Below are positions 29,696-44,173 of a DNA stretch of 64,000 bases, in pieces (positions within the stretch are counted from its first letter, which is position 1; every line of letters begins with the position of its first letter). Source of the stretch: the human T2T-CHM13v2.0 reference genome, Homo sapiens. The notes under the pieces were generated by a model. That model had not been told where the DNA came from. It did no database searches and was given only the letters and a program-made list of their open reading frames with translations. Location: NCBI RefSeq assembly GCF_009914755.1, contig NC_060929.1; one strand, given 5' to 3'. The position numbers and the translations under genes were made by a program.

Positions 29696-30315
29696 CTTTT
29701 TTTCTTCATGTTCAAAAATATTTAATTCACTTCAAAATGTCATACAAATTATGGTGGTTTCTATGCACCCCTAAAGCTTCAGTCATTTAGCTCAGGTACA
29801 TATTAAAGTAATATATTAATTCTTCCAGTACAATGGTGTTTCATACCATTGACACTTGCATACTCTAGAATAATTTGGAAAGACGTGTAATATTCGCAAT
29901 GTTCAGAAAAGCAAGCAAAAGGTCAAGGAACCTGCTTGGTTCTGAGATGGCCTCATATCAGCTTCATAAACATTCATTCTACAAAATAGTAAGCTAACAT
30001 TTGAACACAATTTCCAAAAATAAAGAATATTTTCTCATAAATAATGAAGTCTGTTTCTCAGGCACCTCAGAAGTATACAAAAGAATTTGAGTTTGAACAG
30101 ATCTCTTGGAATGTGTTTAACCTGGTATTTCAACAGACTTAAGATTTCTAGGGTTTCACAAAGGCCAGATTTTATTTCAGTTACTCAGAAGAGAAAGAAA
30201 ATGTCTTCTGAAAGAGGTGAACTCAATCACTACCAATAGAAAAAGTATCCACTGTATTCATCTCTTATGGAAACAGAAAAATATAACATTTCCCCCCTTA
30301 AAATAATATATATAT

Positions 30316-30346
<31 letters not shown>

Positions 30347-32588
30347 GTATATATAACTTAAAGTTCCATTGTACGTAGCCGGACAATAAAATCTGGAAAC
30401 CAGCATGAAACCCTGTTATTCACATGTTAAAATGTTGAAACTATGACCAAAATGTGAAAACTGCTAGAGCTATCAGAAAGAGACAAGACAAAAACCTTCT
30501 TTCATATGTATAAACTAAATGCGATAATCTCAAAAAACTTTTCAAAATTATGATTACCTTCCAGTTTAAAAACTTTAATCCTAAATTAAAAAAAAAAAAT
30601 CTATACACAAACCACTGATTTGCCCAGACCAAAAGAAAGAAAGAAAGAAAGATCAGCGGTAAGGTAAACAGGACCCAGAGGAGCTGATATTCACAGTTCT
30701 TACGTGTACAACTCTTCCAGGAATTATCCATAAAGTACTTTATTGTTTTACAACCTGCTTTTCTTGTAAAACTAAACGTGGACTTTTTTACATAAAAGTT
30801 TTATACGGCGTTAAAACCAGAACTGTATGTAAAATACTGCATCTAAATGTTTCTAAATAGTCTTGTTCCATTGGTTCATCGGTGACTTCTGTGGCTTCGT
30901 CATCATTTTCCATGGATGATTCTGAAAGAATCTCTCCAGTTTTACTGGAATTAGATCCTACTAATTCTTCTGTTTCACGGCAGTCAGAAGAACCACTACT
31001 TTCAGGGCCTTCGTTTTCATTACCTTCGGAATGTAGTAAATCTTTCTCAGCTTGAGACACATCAGATTCCTCCATTTGATTATTTTCCTCAAAAGTCTCT
31101 TCATTCACAGTTGAGGCATCATCAGATTATTTTTCTTGATTTTTTCTTTCCGGGATCATTTCTCTTGATGTCATAAAAGACTCTAAAAATAAGCAAATGT
31201 TGTTGTACTTAAATTTTATTTTCAGAATACCTCCACAGTTAAGTTTCATGAATTCTGATGTTCTATAATTCAAATCACATTCCCTGAAATTCAGCAACAA
31301 CTACATACAGGTGGGAGAAAAGCCCAATGTCGGCATTACAAGGAGTTCTATTATGTACAATTCTTTCACGAAAGCAATGAATACAAGAATTTGAGGATCT
31401 TCTTACTCCTCCCTTTTACAGATGGTCTCTCAATACCTTCTTCTTCCTCTTCATCCTCTTCTGTACGCGCTGCCGGGTACAACGGCTTTCTTTGTCTTTA
31501 TCCTGAGATGAAGGTGATGCTTCTGTTTCTTCTACCATAACCGAAGAAATTTCACTGCAAGTCGCTTGAATGGCTGTTTCTCTGACTTCGCCTTTTTTGT
31601 CAAACATGAGTCTTTTTACCTCATGCCCCTCAGCTTCCACAGCATCTTCATCTGGATGTTTATTTTTCAAAGGGCTCACTGAGCAAACTTCTGATTCAGA
31701 TGTCGAAGAGTCACTGTGATTTTTCTCTTCATTTTGCTGCAAATTTACCTCTTTGCTGTCTGTGCTGTCAGGCGACCCATTTGTTGTCATGGGGGCTGAC
31801 AAAGAAACCTTTGGTCGATTACGTGGTCTGGGTGTCCCAGGCCCATTTACATTAGACCTCTCAGGATAGCTTGGTGAATTTCCAGGAAACATAACACCAT
31901 TCATTCGATTTAAACTATTGGAATTGTTTTTCTCTGAAGAAGGATAAACACAGCTAACAACCATCACATCCTTTTCTACTCCTCTGAGAAATTTGTCTGT
32001 TCCTGTATAGTTTCTCCTTGGATCTGTTAACAATTCACATAGTCGCTGAATAGTAAAAGGGATACTGTTAAATCCAGTGACAATTCTCAGTATTCTTTCC
32101 TTCATTTCATCAAAGGGAATATATTCGACATTAGGGTTGGGAGGACCTCTTGGCTCAGGAGCTGAAGTTCTGAAATCATCCATCACTTTCTCCAGTTTGA
32201 AAATAAAATAGCCTTTAAATTGGGACCACTGAATCTGTTTCTCCAGTCTTGGCTATATGACAAAGAAACTGATCCAGGACAGGACAAACTTCCTTTTTCC
32301 CCTCTTCTCAAAATCTTTCAGCGCCTCCTGGAGACTCTCAACGTCCATGGCTTCCTGGAGTCCCTCACAGCCTCCGCCTCCCTCCGCAGGTCTCTTGGGG
32401 ACCGGAATGCCTCCCCCCACCCCCCGACGTCCTCCCACTCCCTCGCACACACTCCCGCATGCAGGCCAAGTTGGGTGGGGGGAACGAAGGGAGCCAGGGG
32501 AAGCATGTGAGAGAGTGAGACCAACAGAGCGAGCATCTCCCCAAGCCACTACCACCAACCCTCCAACATGGCGCCTGGCACGTCACCC
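29696..32588 (-). pseudogene. PPP4R2 (protein phosphatase 4 regulatory subunit 2) semi-processed retropseudogene, antisense in PDCD6 intron 2
   Basis: Translation [18 protein letters not shown].../[68 protein letters not shown].../VTDEPMEQD recognised as PPP4R2; CDS homology 32348-30860; frameshifts near 32295, 32237 and 31467 and an in-frame TAA near 31128; ATTAAA at 29721-29726, short poly(A) remnant, TSD TAAAAAGTTA at 29686 and 32589. Confidence 0.95.
30304..30354. repeat. (TA)n/(CA)n microsatellite in the retrocopy 3' UTR
   Basis: Direct reading. Confidence 0.9.
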
Positions 32589-33039
32589 TAAAAAGTTATT
32601 TCTTGGAGAAGCAATGGATGACAGAGATTAATCTGAGAGTTACTATTAGTGGAGAAACTTAGAACTTACCATTTTTCCTGTGAGGTTTCGGCGCTGATAC
32701 TGCTATTCTGTGAGTTCTGGCAATTGAGTCCGTTCACACAGCCTGGTGATGCAGCAGGTGTCACAGAAGGACCCTGTCCCAGCTGGTCCTGCTCCACTGC
32801 TATGATGGTGTGGCCTCTGATCTCTGACCGTGTCTTGAGGGGAGACCAGGCCCTTGATCACAAGCGTATCCATGGTGAGGTTCCGTGGATGGAAGCTCAT
32901 GAATGTTCCTTCCTGATGTTCATCTGCCACCTTGCTATTGAATGCATCTTGTTTATAACTGCCTTCTAAGTATTGAATAGAAATAAAGCATTTGTACAGG
33001 ATGGGTAAGGTATAAAGAATATTGACACATTGGACACAG

Positions 33040-34672
<1,633 letters not shown>

Positions 34673-35256
34673 TAAATGTGCAGGATCTCCTCTCTGGTGG
34701 GAGAAGAGACAGAGAGGGATAGAAGGGTATGGAGAACAGAGCCGAGAGGAGGCCGAGTCAGGCAGGGGTGGCAGGCTGCTGTGAGGACTTGGCTCCGTCT
34801 CTGAGTCGGGTGGGGATTAGCAGAGGATTTAAACAGAGGAACCATGGGATCTCCCTTATGCATTTCTGCCATGGTTGGCTCAGCTGAACGCACCTCTTGA
34901 ACAAGACTTGGCCTTGGACACCTAGAGGCCCTTGGTTGAGGGTTTACCTCCTGGCGTGGCCACTGACACATCCACGTTTGGCTCCCACACAGCTGGGCGG
35001 CCCCAAGACCTGCTCTGCCTGGGCTTCTCATTGGTGGCATTTCTCAAGTTTGTCCCCTCTCAAGTCTGCACCATCCGGAAAACCAAACACCTCTCTCTCC
35101 TACATGGAAACCCCCATCAGCACCTCCCCCTGACTCACAGGGCATCCCGTCAACATCACAGTCCCGACTTTCCCATATGGACAAGCCCACAGGACCCCCT
35201 GATGGACCAGGACAGCGCCAGCACTAAGACATGCCCTGAAACTCACAGGAAGACCT

Positions 35257-36053
35257 GATCAAGAAGACGGGAACAGCACAGGGCACTGGGAGCTGCAAAC
35301 ACCCACGATACTGTCAGAGATGGAGAAAGGTATGACAGGAAGAGCAGATCAAGAAGACGGGAACAGCACGAGGCACTGGGAGCTGCAAACGCCCGCGATA
35401 ATGTCAGAGATGGAGAAAGGTATGACAGGAAGAGCAGATCAAGAAGACGGGAACAGCACGAGGCACTGGGAGCTGCAAACGCCCGCGATACTGTCAGAGA
35501 TGGAGAAAGGTATGACAGGAAGAGCAGATCAAGAAGACGGGAACAGCACGAGGCACTGGGAGCTGCAAACGCCCGCGATACTGTCAGAGACGGAGAAAGG
35601 TATGACAGGAAGAGCAGATCAAGAAGACGGGAACAGCACGAGGCACTGGGAGCTGCAAACGCCCGCGATACTGTCAGAGACGGAGAAAGGTATGACAGGA
35701 AGAGCAGATCAAGAAGACGGGAACAGCACGAGGCACTGGGAGCTGCAAACGCCCGCGATACTGTCAGAGACGGAGAAAGGTATGACAGGAAGAGCAGATC
35801 AAGAAGACGGGAACAGCACGAGGCACTGGGAGCTGCAAACGCCCGCGATACTGTCAGAGACGGAGAAAGGTATGACAGGAAGAGCAGATCAAGAAGACGG
35901 GAACAGCACGAGGCACTGGGAGCTGCAAACGCCCGCGATACTGTCAGAGACGGAGAAAGGTATGACAGGAAGAGCAGATCAAGAAGACGGGAACAGCACG
36001 AGGCACTGGGAGCTGCAAACGCCCGCGATACTGTCAGAGACGGAGAAAGGTAT
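35257..36053. repeat. 90-bp VNTR, ~9 near-identical copies
   Basis: Sequence lines recur every 180 nt; 30-aa period in both strand ORFs. Confidence 0.95.
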
Positions 36054-36089
36054 GGCCATGGCTGACACAAAATGTTACTCAACATTTAT

Positions 36090-37260
36090 CACAGGCCTAA
36101 ATGGAGAACATAACGCTATAAAACCCTTAGATAAAAACACAGGAAAATTTGTATGGCCTGGGGTTGGGCGAAAAGTTCTTAGACATGACACCAAAAGCAT
36201 GATTCATAAAAGATTGACAAATTAAATTGTCATAAATTTAAAATTATAATGCTATAAAGCAATATAAAAATCTAAAGAGAATGAAACACAAACCATGGTC
36301 TAGAAATAAACATTTGTGAATCACACGTCTCACAACGTACTGGCACGCAGGATATGTGAAGAACCATCAAAACTTAACCATAAGAAAGTAAAAGCCCCAG
36401 TATTAAAGAGAGGGCAGATATTGGAACAGAGGCCTCATCAAAGAAGGTATAAGGAGGGCATATTGCCCGAGAAAGAGGCTCAACGTCGTAGAGATGCTGG
36501 AGAAATGCCAGTCAACAGTACCTCTGCAAATCTATTAAAATGGCTAAAAACAGACAAAAACCACAGGCCGACCCAGGTTCTAGTGATGATGCAGAGGAAC
36601 TGGGACCCTCATAAGCTGCAGTGGGAATGGGAGGGGTCCCGCCATGCTGGAAAGTGGTCCGGGAGTTTCTTACGAAGTTAAGCACATCCTTACCCTGTCA
36701 TCCAGCAACCCCGCTCCTGAAACGTCCCCCAAGAGAAAACTTAAACGTGCATGCACAAACCTGCACACAAGTGTTTAGGCCTCATTCCTCATTGCCAATA
36801 ACTGGAAGAAAACAAAATGTCCATCGGCAGGAGGAGGCGGGAACCAACGCGGATGCTTCCACACAGGGGGCACCAACCAGCAGTGGAAGGATGCACCCAA
36901 ATGCCCCAGGTCTCCCAGGCCACATGCCCAGTGAAGGAAGCTAGTTTCGGTGCGCACAGGCCGAGGGATGCCGCCACGTGACATCTTGGAGAAGACAGTG
37001 CTACCGTGTTGGGGAGCAGGGCAGTGGTTTCGAGGGGCTACGGGTGGAGGGGCGAATGGAGGAGCTCTCTGGGGCGGTGGCGTGAGCACCTGCACCTCAC
37101 TGTGGGCTGCTGCGGCTGAGGGGCTGTACAGCAAACACTAGCTTCAGTACACGCAGACTGAAGGAGGAAGGCTGCCACAAGTCAAAGACAGAGGGTGTCA
37201 CCTCCATGAAACAAAAACATATTAAAAAAAACTCTTAAAATAAAAAAACCACAAAAAGTA
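36090..37260 (+). mobile_element. Degenerate old L1 (ORF2 end / 3' UTR, L1M-type)
   Basis: ttcttagacatgacaccaaaagcatgattcataaaag and ctggaagaaaacaaaatgtccatc motifs. Confidence 0.65.
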
Positions 37261-37914
37261 TTTCATAAGCGTATTGGACTTTGAGTTGACATCATCTACC
37301 TGGGAGCATGGAACTGAAACCACAGGCTTGGCAATCCCAGAGGGAGAGAGTGGAGGGTTTAGACCTCCATTGAAGGGCTCAGTACCTGGCTATAGGAAAT
37401 AACATTTAAAAAGCGGCAGGGTGGAAATAATTTCTGCTGATGAGGTTGCATTTCTCCAGATAACCGGCAGAGTAAATTAAAGCAATATAGTAAAACAATG
37501 CACATCTTGATGGAAACTCAGGATCACATAGTTGTGGTGAAGGAGATTTGAAGATGTCCAGGAAAGAAAGACAAATGAGATGAATCTTGCAGCTGCCCTT
37601 CAAGGGGGCATGGGCCGGGTGGCCATGATTCTCTGTGATGTTGCAGGAATTCTGGCTGGGTCCTCAGGAGCCTTTTTTTTCTTGTCCACATTCACCTTCG
37701 GTGGGTGGTCCCTGGTGGTCATGACCGCACTCAGGGCCCGGGGCCTGCTGAGGCTGCTCTCCCTGTTCCCGGAATGCAGGGGTTTGTTCCAGATCCCGCT
37801 GCTCTCCACACAGAAAGCCAATCACTAAGACGATAGTTACTGCCAATGAAGAAGGCGTGCATCAGAAGCTACAGGCCAGGAGATGGGAGGTCAGCTTCAA
37901 ATCCATCTTCCTGA

Positions 37915-38245
37915 CTGACTATATAGCAGGGAAGAAGTGTGACTGTGTGTAAGGAAAACAGAAATTAGGGAGAGTGAGGAAGAGGAGTTGGTCAGGAGGA
38001 GGCAGGTGGCTGGTCAGGCACTCATGATGGGTGAGGGGTTTGGCGTCTTACTGTCCAGATGGCGTGATCTGGTGAGTCTCTCTTCCTTCACACTACCTGG
38101 GAGGCCTGATGGTCAGTTTCCTAAGAAAGGAACTCAAATAAGACAAATGTCACTTTCTCAAGTTTTAAGACCAAAAGGATCCATTTCTATGTTATTCAGA
38201 GAAACCATGAACATCAATTCTCTGGGACAATCAGGCCAGTTCAAC
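37915..38245. mobile_element. Probable ERV1-type LTR fragment (family not identified)
   Basis: ggtcagtttcctaagaaaggaactcaaataagacaaatg resembles MER4-group LTR sequence. Confidence 0.35.
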
Positions 38246-39509
38246 ACGAGATCTGATCGGCCACGACACCTGCTGCTCGACCCTCAGATAAGGCCCAGAA
38301 TCCAGTGTCCTCTCCCCCACCCCAGCCTGGCCCCACACCCACACCTCCCCACTTCACCCTGGGCCTCTGCTCTCTCGCCACAGAGGGGTCAGGGAGCTGT
38401 TCACGCCCCGTGTGCACCTGGGCACGTGGCATATTTCAGATGCACCTGGTGTCACTGTTTGCACAGACCTAAGTGGGAAGAGATCCAAATGCTCGTTCAC
38501 TGCAGGTGGATGAGGACATCCCAGCAAGTCCCTCAGTGGAGTCAGCCAGTGCAAGGCGAGTGAGGGACCCCCAGAGACATGAATGGGTCTCAGATAGTGT
38601 GTGAGTGGATGAAGCAGCAAAAACACACGCTGCTAATTAATTGATTTATGTCGAGCTCAAAGTAGTCCACATCAAAAAGACTGTTTGGGGCTGCAGGAAT
38701 TCAGTGGATAATTGCAGGCAAGGCAAGGGAAGGTGGACCAGAAAGGTGAGGAGGACGCTCCCTTCGAGGGTGGAGAGAGTAAGACTGGCATTGCACATGG
38801 GTGGGGGGGCCCGTCGAGGCCCCTCTTTGCTTCTGAGAGTCTGTTTTCATCGACAGTCTTCTACTAAATGTACATAGCAGCTTTTCAGGGCAAGGGTCAC
38901 CGGGATTCGTCTTTATGCCTCCCCAGCCCGGGAGCCACCACCTCCACCAGACCCATCCACACAGTTGAATCTTATCTTAAGTTCTCTGGTGCCCGACCCC
39001 CCACGCACACCGTGCTGGTCTGGGCATCTCACCTGCATCCGCACAAGTGCCTCAGGAGGGTGGAGTGTCTGGTGCTCGGCGCTGGAGGCTCAGCCCACAC
39101 TGTGCCGGGCAGTCGCAGGCCTCCCAGATGAATGAAGCATGAATGAATCCCGATCCTGTTATCACAGCTTCTCCCCACGCATCCCAGGCAGAATGTTGTG
39201 CAAAAACCACACCAGGATTCGTACATGCCAGAGGACTGAACTTCTGCGTGTTGCAGATAATTCATCTTCCTGAATCACTGTGGATCTACCATGTGGTTAA
39301 CCACGGAATAAACATGGGGGAGAGCGTAAGCGCTGTCCTAGCAGAAACTTATGCTTCTTCCGTTACCCTTAAAAAGTAAAGGGTACGGATTTCATAATTG
39401 TGTTTCTCTTGTAAATGAGACTCTCATGGAAAAATCAGCCATGTAGGCGATAGATTTGTATACCTTTAGATTAAAATGTCACTTCGATTATTTCAAGTGT
39501 AAAAGTGTT

Positions 39510-39720
39510 TCAGCTTTTTTGAGGTATAATTGCTACACAAAGAGCTGCACACATTTCATGTGTGCACTTTGGTGAGACTTGACCTGAGCAAACACCCATG
39601 AAACCATCACCAAATCAAAGCAATCGAGGAATTCCACACTTGCTGGGGGCTTCCTTGCACCTGTGCCCGTGGTGAGAACACAGCACGAGATCTTCCCTCT
39701 CAGCCAATCGCAAACGGCCC
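39510..39720 (-). mobile_element. L1MA/MB 3' end fragment
   Basis: gcttttttgaggtataattg ... acccatgaaaccatcaccaaatcaa. Confidence 0.6.
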
Positions 39721-40649
39721 ACAAGAAAATGACACCAGGCCTCCTGGTGAACACACACCCTGTGATTTAATTGTTGATCTTTTTAACCTGGGGCTCACAT
39801 TCTTCATTCAGAATATGGCAAAGACTTTAGAAGTCATCCAAAGTATCAGTAATTTGAAGTCCTTTAATACAAAAAGTATAGAATATGACCTTTTGTCACA
39901 TAGCAATAGGGAAATGAAAAAAGAAAATCGACTTATGTTCTTTAATGGCTAGGAAAATATTCTTAAAAAGAGATCTCAAGCACAGGTGAATCTAACAAAT
40001 GACAAATTTATTTCTTTACATAGATAAATATAAGGTTAGATCCACGTAAATAAATGAAGCCATTAAGGGTAGAGTCCCACAGACCACAGCGTCCAGCTCT
40101 GCTATCGATATCAGGGAGTAATTTCCAGGCACACAGAACTGACCCAGCATCCAGCTCTGCTCATGATTTCAGGGGTAATTCCCAGGCACGGGTCGAGCTG
40201 GAGAAGCTGGGGGCCCCCATAGCCCCACTGTCCTTCCTGCCTCATGGGGTCTCTGAGGGGTGCCTGGAACATTTCCTCTTGGGCTTTGAAGATCATTTCA
40301 CTTAAACACATTTTCCAGGTGCCATGGACCTGAGCCCAGAAACTTCACGGTACCAGGACCACCCGAGACAGTGGCTCCCCAGGAGTGAGCACCAGGCACT
40401 GTCAGGGGTTCTCTCCCCAGCACATTTACAAGGACATGATGGGTTCTTCTTCCTGCAGAGCAATCCCAGTGGGAAGAAGGAGGGGACGGGAGGCCTGGCA
40501 AACTCTCCTCCCCAGCTCCGTTCCAAGCTCTGTGGGGCTCCGGCAGGCCCCATGTCATGTGCAGATGAGGGATTAGGGTTCCTCCCGGCCTCGCTGCTCT
40601 CAGGCCCTCATGGGCTCCTCTCACCACCCCCGTGCAGCCAGCGGACCCT

Positions 40650-41325
40650 GCCCCCACCCAGCTGCTCCCCCCAGCTGCTCCCACTCAGCTGCTCCCACTC
40701 AGCTGCTCCCACTCAGCTGCTCCCCCCCAGCTGCTCCCACTCAGCTGCTCCCACTCAGCTGCTCCCACCCAGCTGCTCCCACCCAGCTGCTCCCCCCAGC
40801 TGCTCCCCCCAGCTGCTCACCCCCAGCTGCTCCCCCCCAGCTGCTCCCCCCCAGCTGCTCCCCCAGCTGCTCCCCCCTAGCTGCTCCCCCCCAGCTGCTC
40901 CCCCGCAGCTGCTCCCCCCAGCTGCTCCCCCAGCTGCTCCCACTCAGCTGTTCTCACCCAGCTGCTCTCACCCAGCTGTTCCCCCCAGCTGCTCCCCCTC
41001 AGCTACTCCCACCCAGCTGCTCCCCACTAGCTGCTCCCCCCAGCTACTCCCACCCAGCTGCTCCCCACTAGCTGCTCCTCCCCAGCTGCTCCCCCCCAGC
41101 TGCTCCCCCCAGCTGCTCCCCCCCAGCTGTTCTCACCCAGCTGCTCCCCCCAGCTGCTCCCCCCCAGCTGCTCCCCCCCAGCTGCTCTCACCCAGCTGCT
41201 CCCCCCCAACTGCTCCCCCCAGCTGTTCTCACCCAGTTGCTCCCCACAAGCTGTTCCCCCCAGCTGCTCCCCCCAGCTGTTCCCCCTCCGCTGCTCCACC
41301 CCAGCTGTTCCCCCCCAGCTGTTCT
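40650..41325. repeat. C-rich ~13-15-bp minisatellite (CCCAGCTGCTCCCC)n
   Basis: Direct reading; dozens of CAGCTG hexamers. Confidence 0.93.
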
Positions 41326-41536
41326 CAGGTTTCTCATCCTTCCTGGATGACGCCCTACCTGGGGCACCCGTTCCTGTGGCATCCCCAGTCCTGCACTGCA
41401 GCACTCACCCCGTCACCTCCCTGGCGAGACCATGCTGGAACCGTGATCAGCCCATCGGTTTCATCCATTATCCTCCTAGCCCAATTTCTGTGCTGATCTC
41501 TCGTTCCCAAAACATCTTGGAATTATAAGAAATTAA

Positions 41537-41899
<363 letters not shown>

Positions 41900-43629
41900 T
41901 GGTATTTTTTTTTTTATTTTTTTATCAAATACAGTTGAGGCTCTCTTGGAGATCACATATTAAAGAGAACTGAGAAAAATCAGACCTCAGAAGCAGGACA
42001 GTGCCCTGTGAAGTACATGTCCAGTCCCATCACTGTCCTTCTCTCACATGGGCCCAGGGATGTGGGTGATGGTATTTATTGCCCCTGGTGATGGAGCAGA
42101 TTTGATCTGCCTATGTGGGAAGGGGTTAACTCAGCGGGTGTGGATTGCTCAAACCCTGCACGTTCCCAGGAGGGGCCCTTGGCTGGCTCCCGGGAGCTGA
42201 GCTCCTGCAGTGTTCTGACTGATGAGAGAGACTTGAGCCATGTTGCACTACTTTGCCTGGGTAGTTGACCAACAAGGTGATGGATGGCAAACACCTGCTT
42301 TCGCTGTGGGTGGCTGGAACTTCCCTGACTGACCCCCAGGTTCAGGAGAGCCTCCCTGGTCCGCACCACGGCACTAGCTGTCCCAGCTTCTTGCTGGAGG
42401 AATCCGGCGCACCCTGTGTGACTCCGCTGGGAGGGACTCTGGAAGCGCCTGGCTTCCCTGGCAGCCCTTTCCCTTGGCTGGTTTACTCTGTACCCTTTCA
42501 AGTTGGAGGGTGGTCTCAGGGACCCCCATGCAGTCTTTCGTGCTTTCACCAGAAACTCACCTTGGCAGGGCTTCAGGGGAAGGCTTGGGATTTGGTGACA
42601 AGTGACTCCATGGCCTTGGGCAAAGCACAGCATCTACTTAGGTTTTCAGGCGGTTGCCCAGGTATGTCTAGCACCTAATGTAACCGAGGCGTGAAATGCC
42701 TGTGCGCCACGGTGCTTCAGCTCGTTACGGGCCGTTAGGCCTTGTGGTGGTTCTCTCTTGGTTTCTGTGGAGAAGCCAGACCCCGCTGTGGTTGGCAAGG
42801 AAGGCGAGTGGAGACATCAGGAGTGTCCATCCCTCAGCGGCCCTTTCTAGTGGGGTGGCTGCCTCTCTCATCCTTGATTAATCCCGGGACAACCTCTGCT
42901 CTCCTGGGCAATCCTTAGAATACTCCAGAAGACCCCAGTATGGCCGTCCGGTTCCTCCTGGGCCCCAGCTCTCAGGAATGCACCATCACGGCACACTCCA
43001 TGCGTGCCCGTCCAGATGGCACCTGAGCCTCCCTGTGCCTGCGCTGCGGCGTTAACATCTCGCTTGTGTTTTAACCTGTGTTGCTTTGGTTTAAAACTTG
43101 TTTGACCGTGTTATTTGCTGAGATGGCCCAGAGAAGCTTCTGCTTATGATCAGGACACGTCACAGTGCAGCCTTCACTTGAGGACTTAGGTCTCATCCAG
43201 CTCCACACAGTCAATCCAGGGCCACGGATGCAGAAGACAGAGGAGAAGAAGCTCATGGCATGAAGACAGAGGATTGATTGCCCAGGAGGCTTCCAGGGGC
43301 TTTGGCTCCTGGGGCTTCTGTCAGCGCTGGGTCAGAGCAGGTCACCCTTGTGTGCAGACACTAGGTTGCCGCACACAGCGGTGAAGAACGGGGGAGACCA
43401 GATGGAATTGGGTGAGGCAGGGATGCTCCTTGGTGTTTAGAGTTTTCCTCTTTCTTTGCCTTGTGGGTTTTCTGTAGCCTATCTTTGCTTTTTGTAACAC
43501 TAGTTTTCAGTAATTCCGACCTTTCTGAATACCTCTATATACATATACCTGTCTACTCTCCTTTCAGATACTTGTAAAGCCTACAGAAAGGTAATCCTGC
43601 AGATTATCACTCTATTCAGCTTAACAGAT

Positions 43630-44119
43630 GCTCGTCGAGTGCTGCTGTGTGTGTATGCCTCAGGTTCAGGTGCACCTGCCTTTGTGGGGAGAGCACAGCT
43701 TCCCTGCATAACTGCTGGAGGGTGGGTCGTCGAGTGCTGCTGTGTGTGTGGGCCTCAGGTTCAGGTGCACCTGCCTTTGTGGGGAGAGCACAGCTTCCCT
43801 GCATAACTGCTGGAGGGTGGGTCGTGGAGTGCTGCTCTGTGTGTATGCCTCGGGTTCAGGTGCACCTGCCTTTGTGGGAAGAGCACAGCTTCTCTGCATA
43901 ACTGCTGGAGGGTGGGTCGTCCAGTGCTGCTGTGTGTGTATGCCTCAGGTTCAGGTGCACCTGCCTTTGTGGGAAGAGCACAGCTTCCCTGCATAACTGC
44001 TGGAGGGCGGGTCATCGAGTGCTGCTGTGTGTGTATGCCTCGGGTTCAGGTGCACCTGCCTTTGTGGGAAGAGCACAGCTTCCCTGCATAACTGCTGGAG
44101 GGCGGATCATTGAGTGCTG

Positions 44120-44173
<54 letters not shown>

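Noticed and set aside
30788-32348. Functional PPP4R2 retrogene
   Set aside because: Frameshift after about codon 18 with a stop at 32253-32255, more frameshifts, an in-frame TAA in the last exon and a lost native stop
35243-36225. 301-aa and 280-aa repeat proteins
   Set aside because: Translations of a 90-bp VNTR; no promoter, splice or homology support
40324-41496. 390-aa proline-rich ORF
   Set aside because: Produced by a C-rich minisatellite that lacks stop codons
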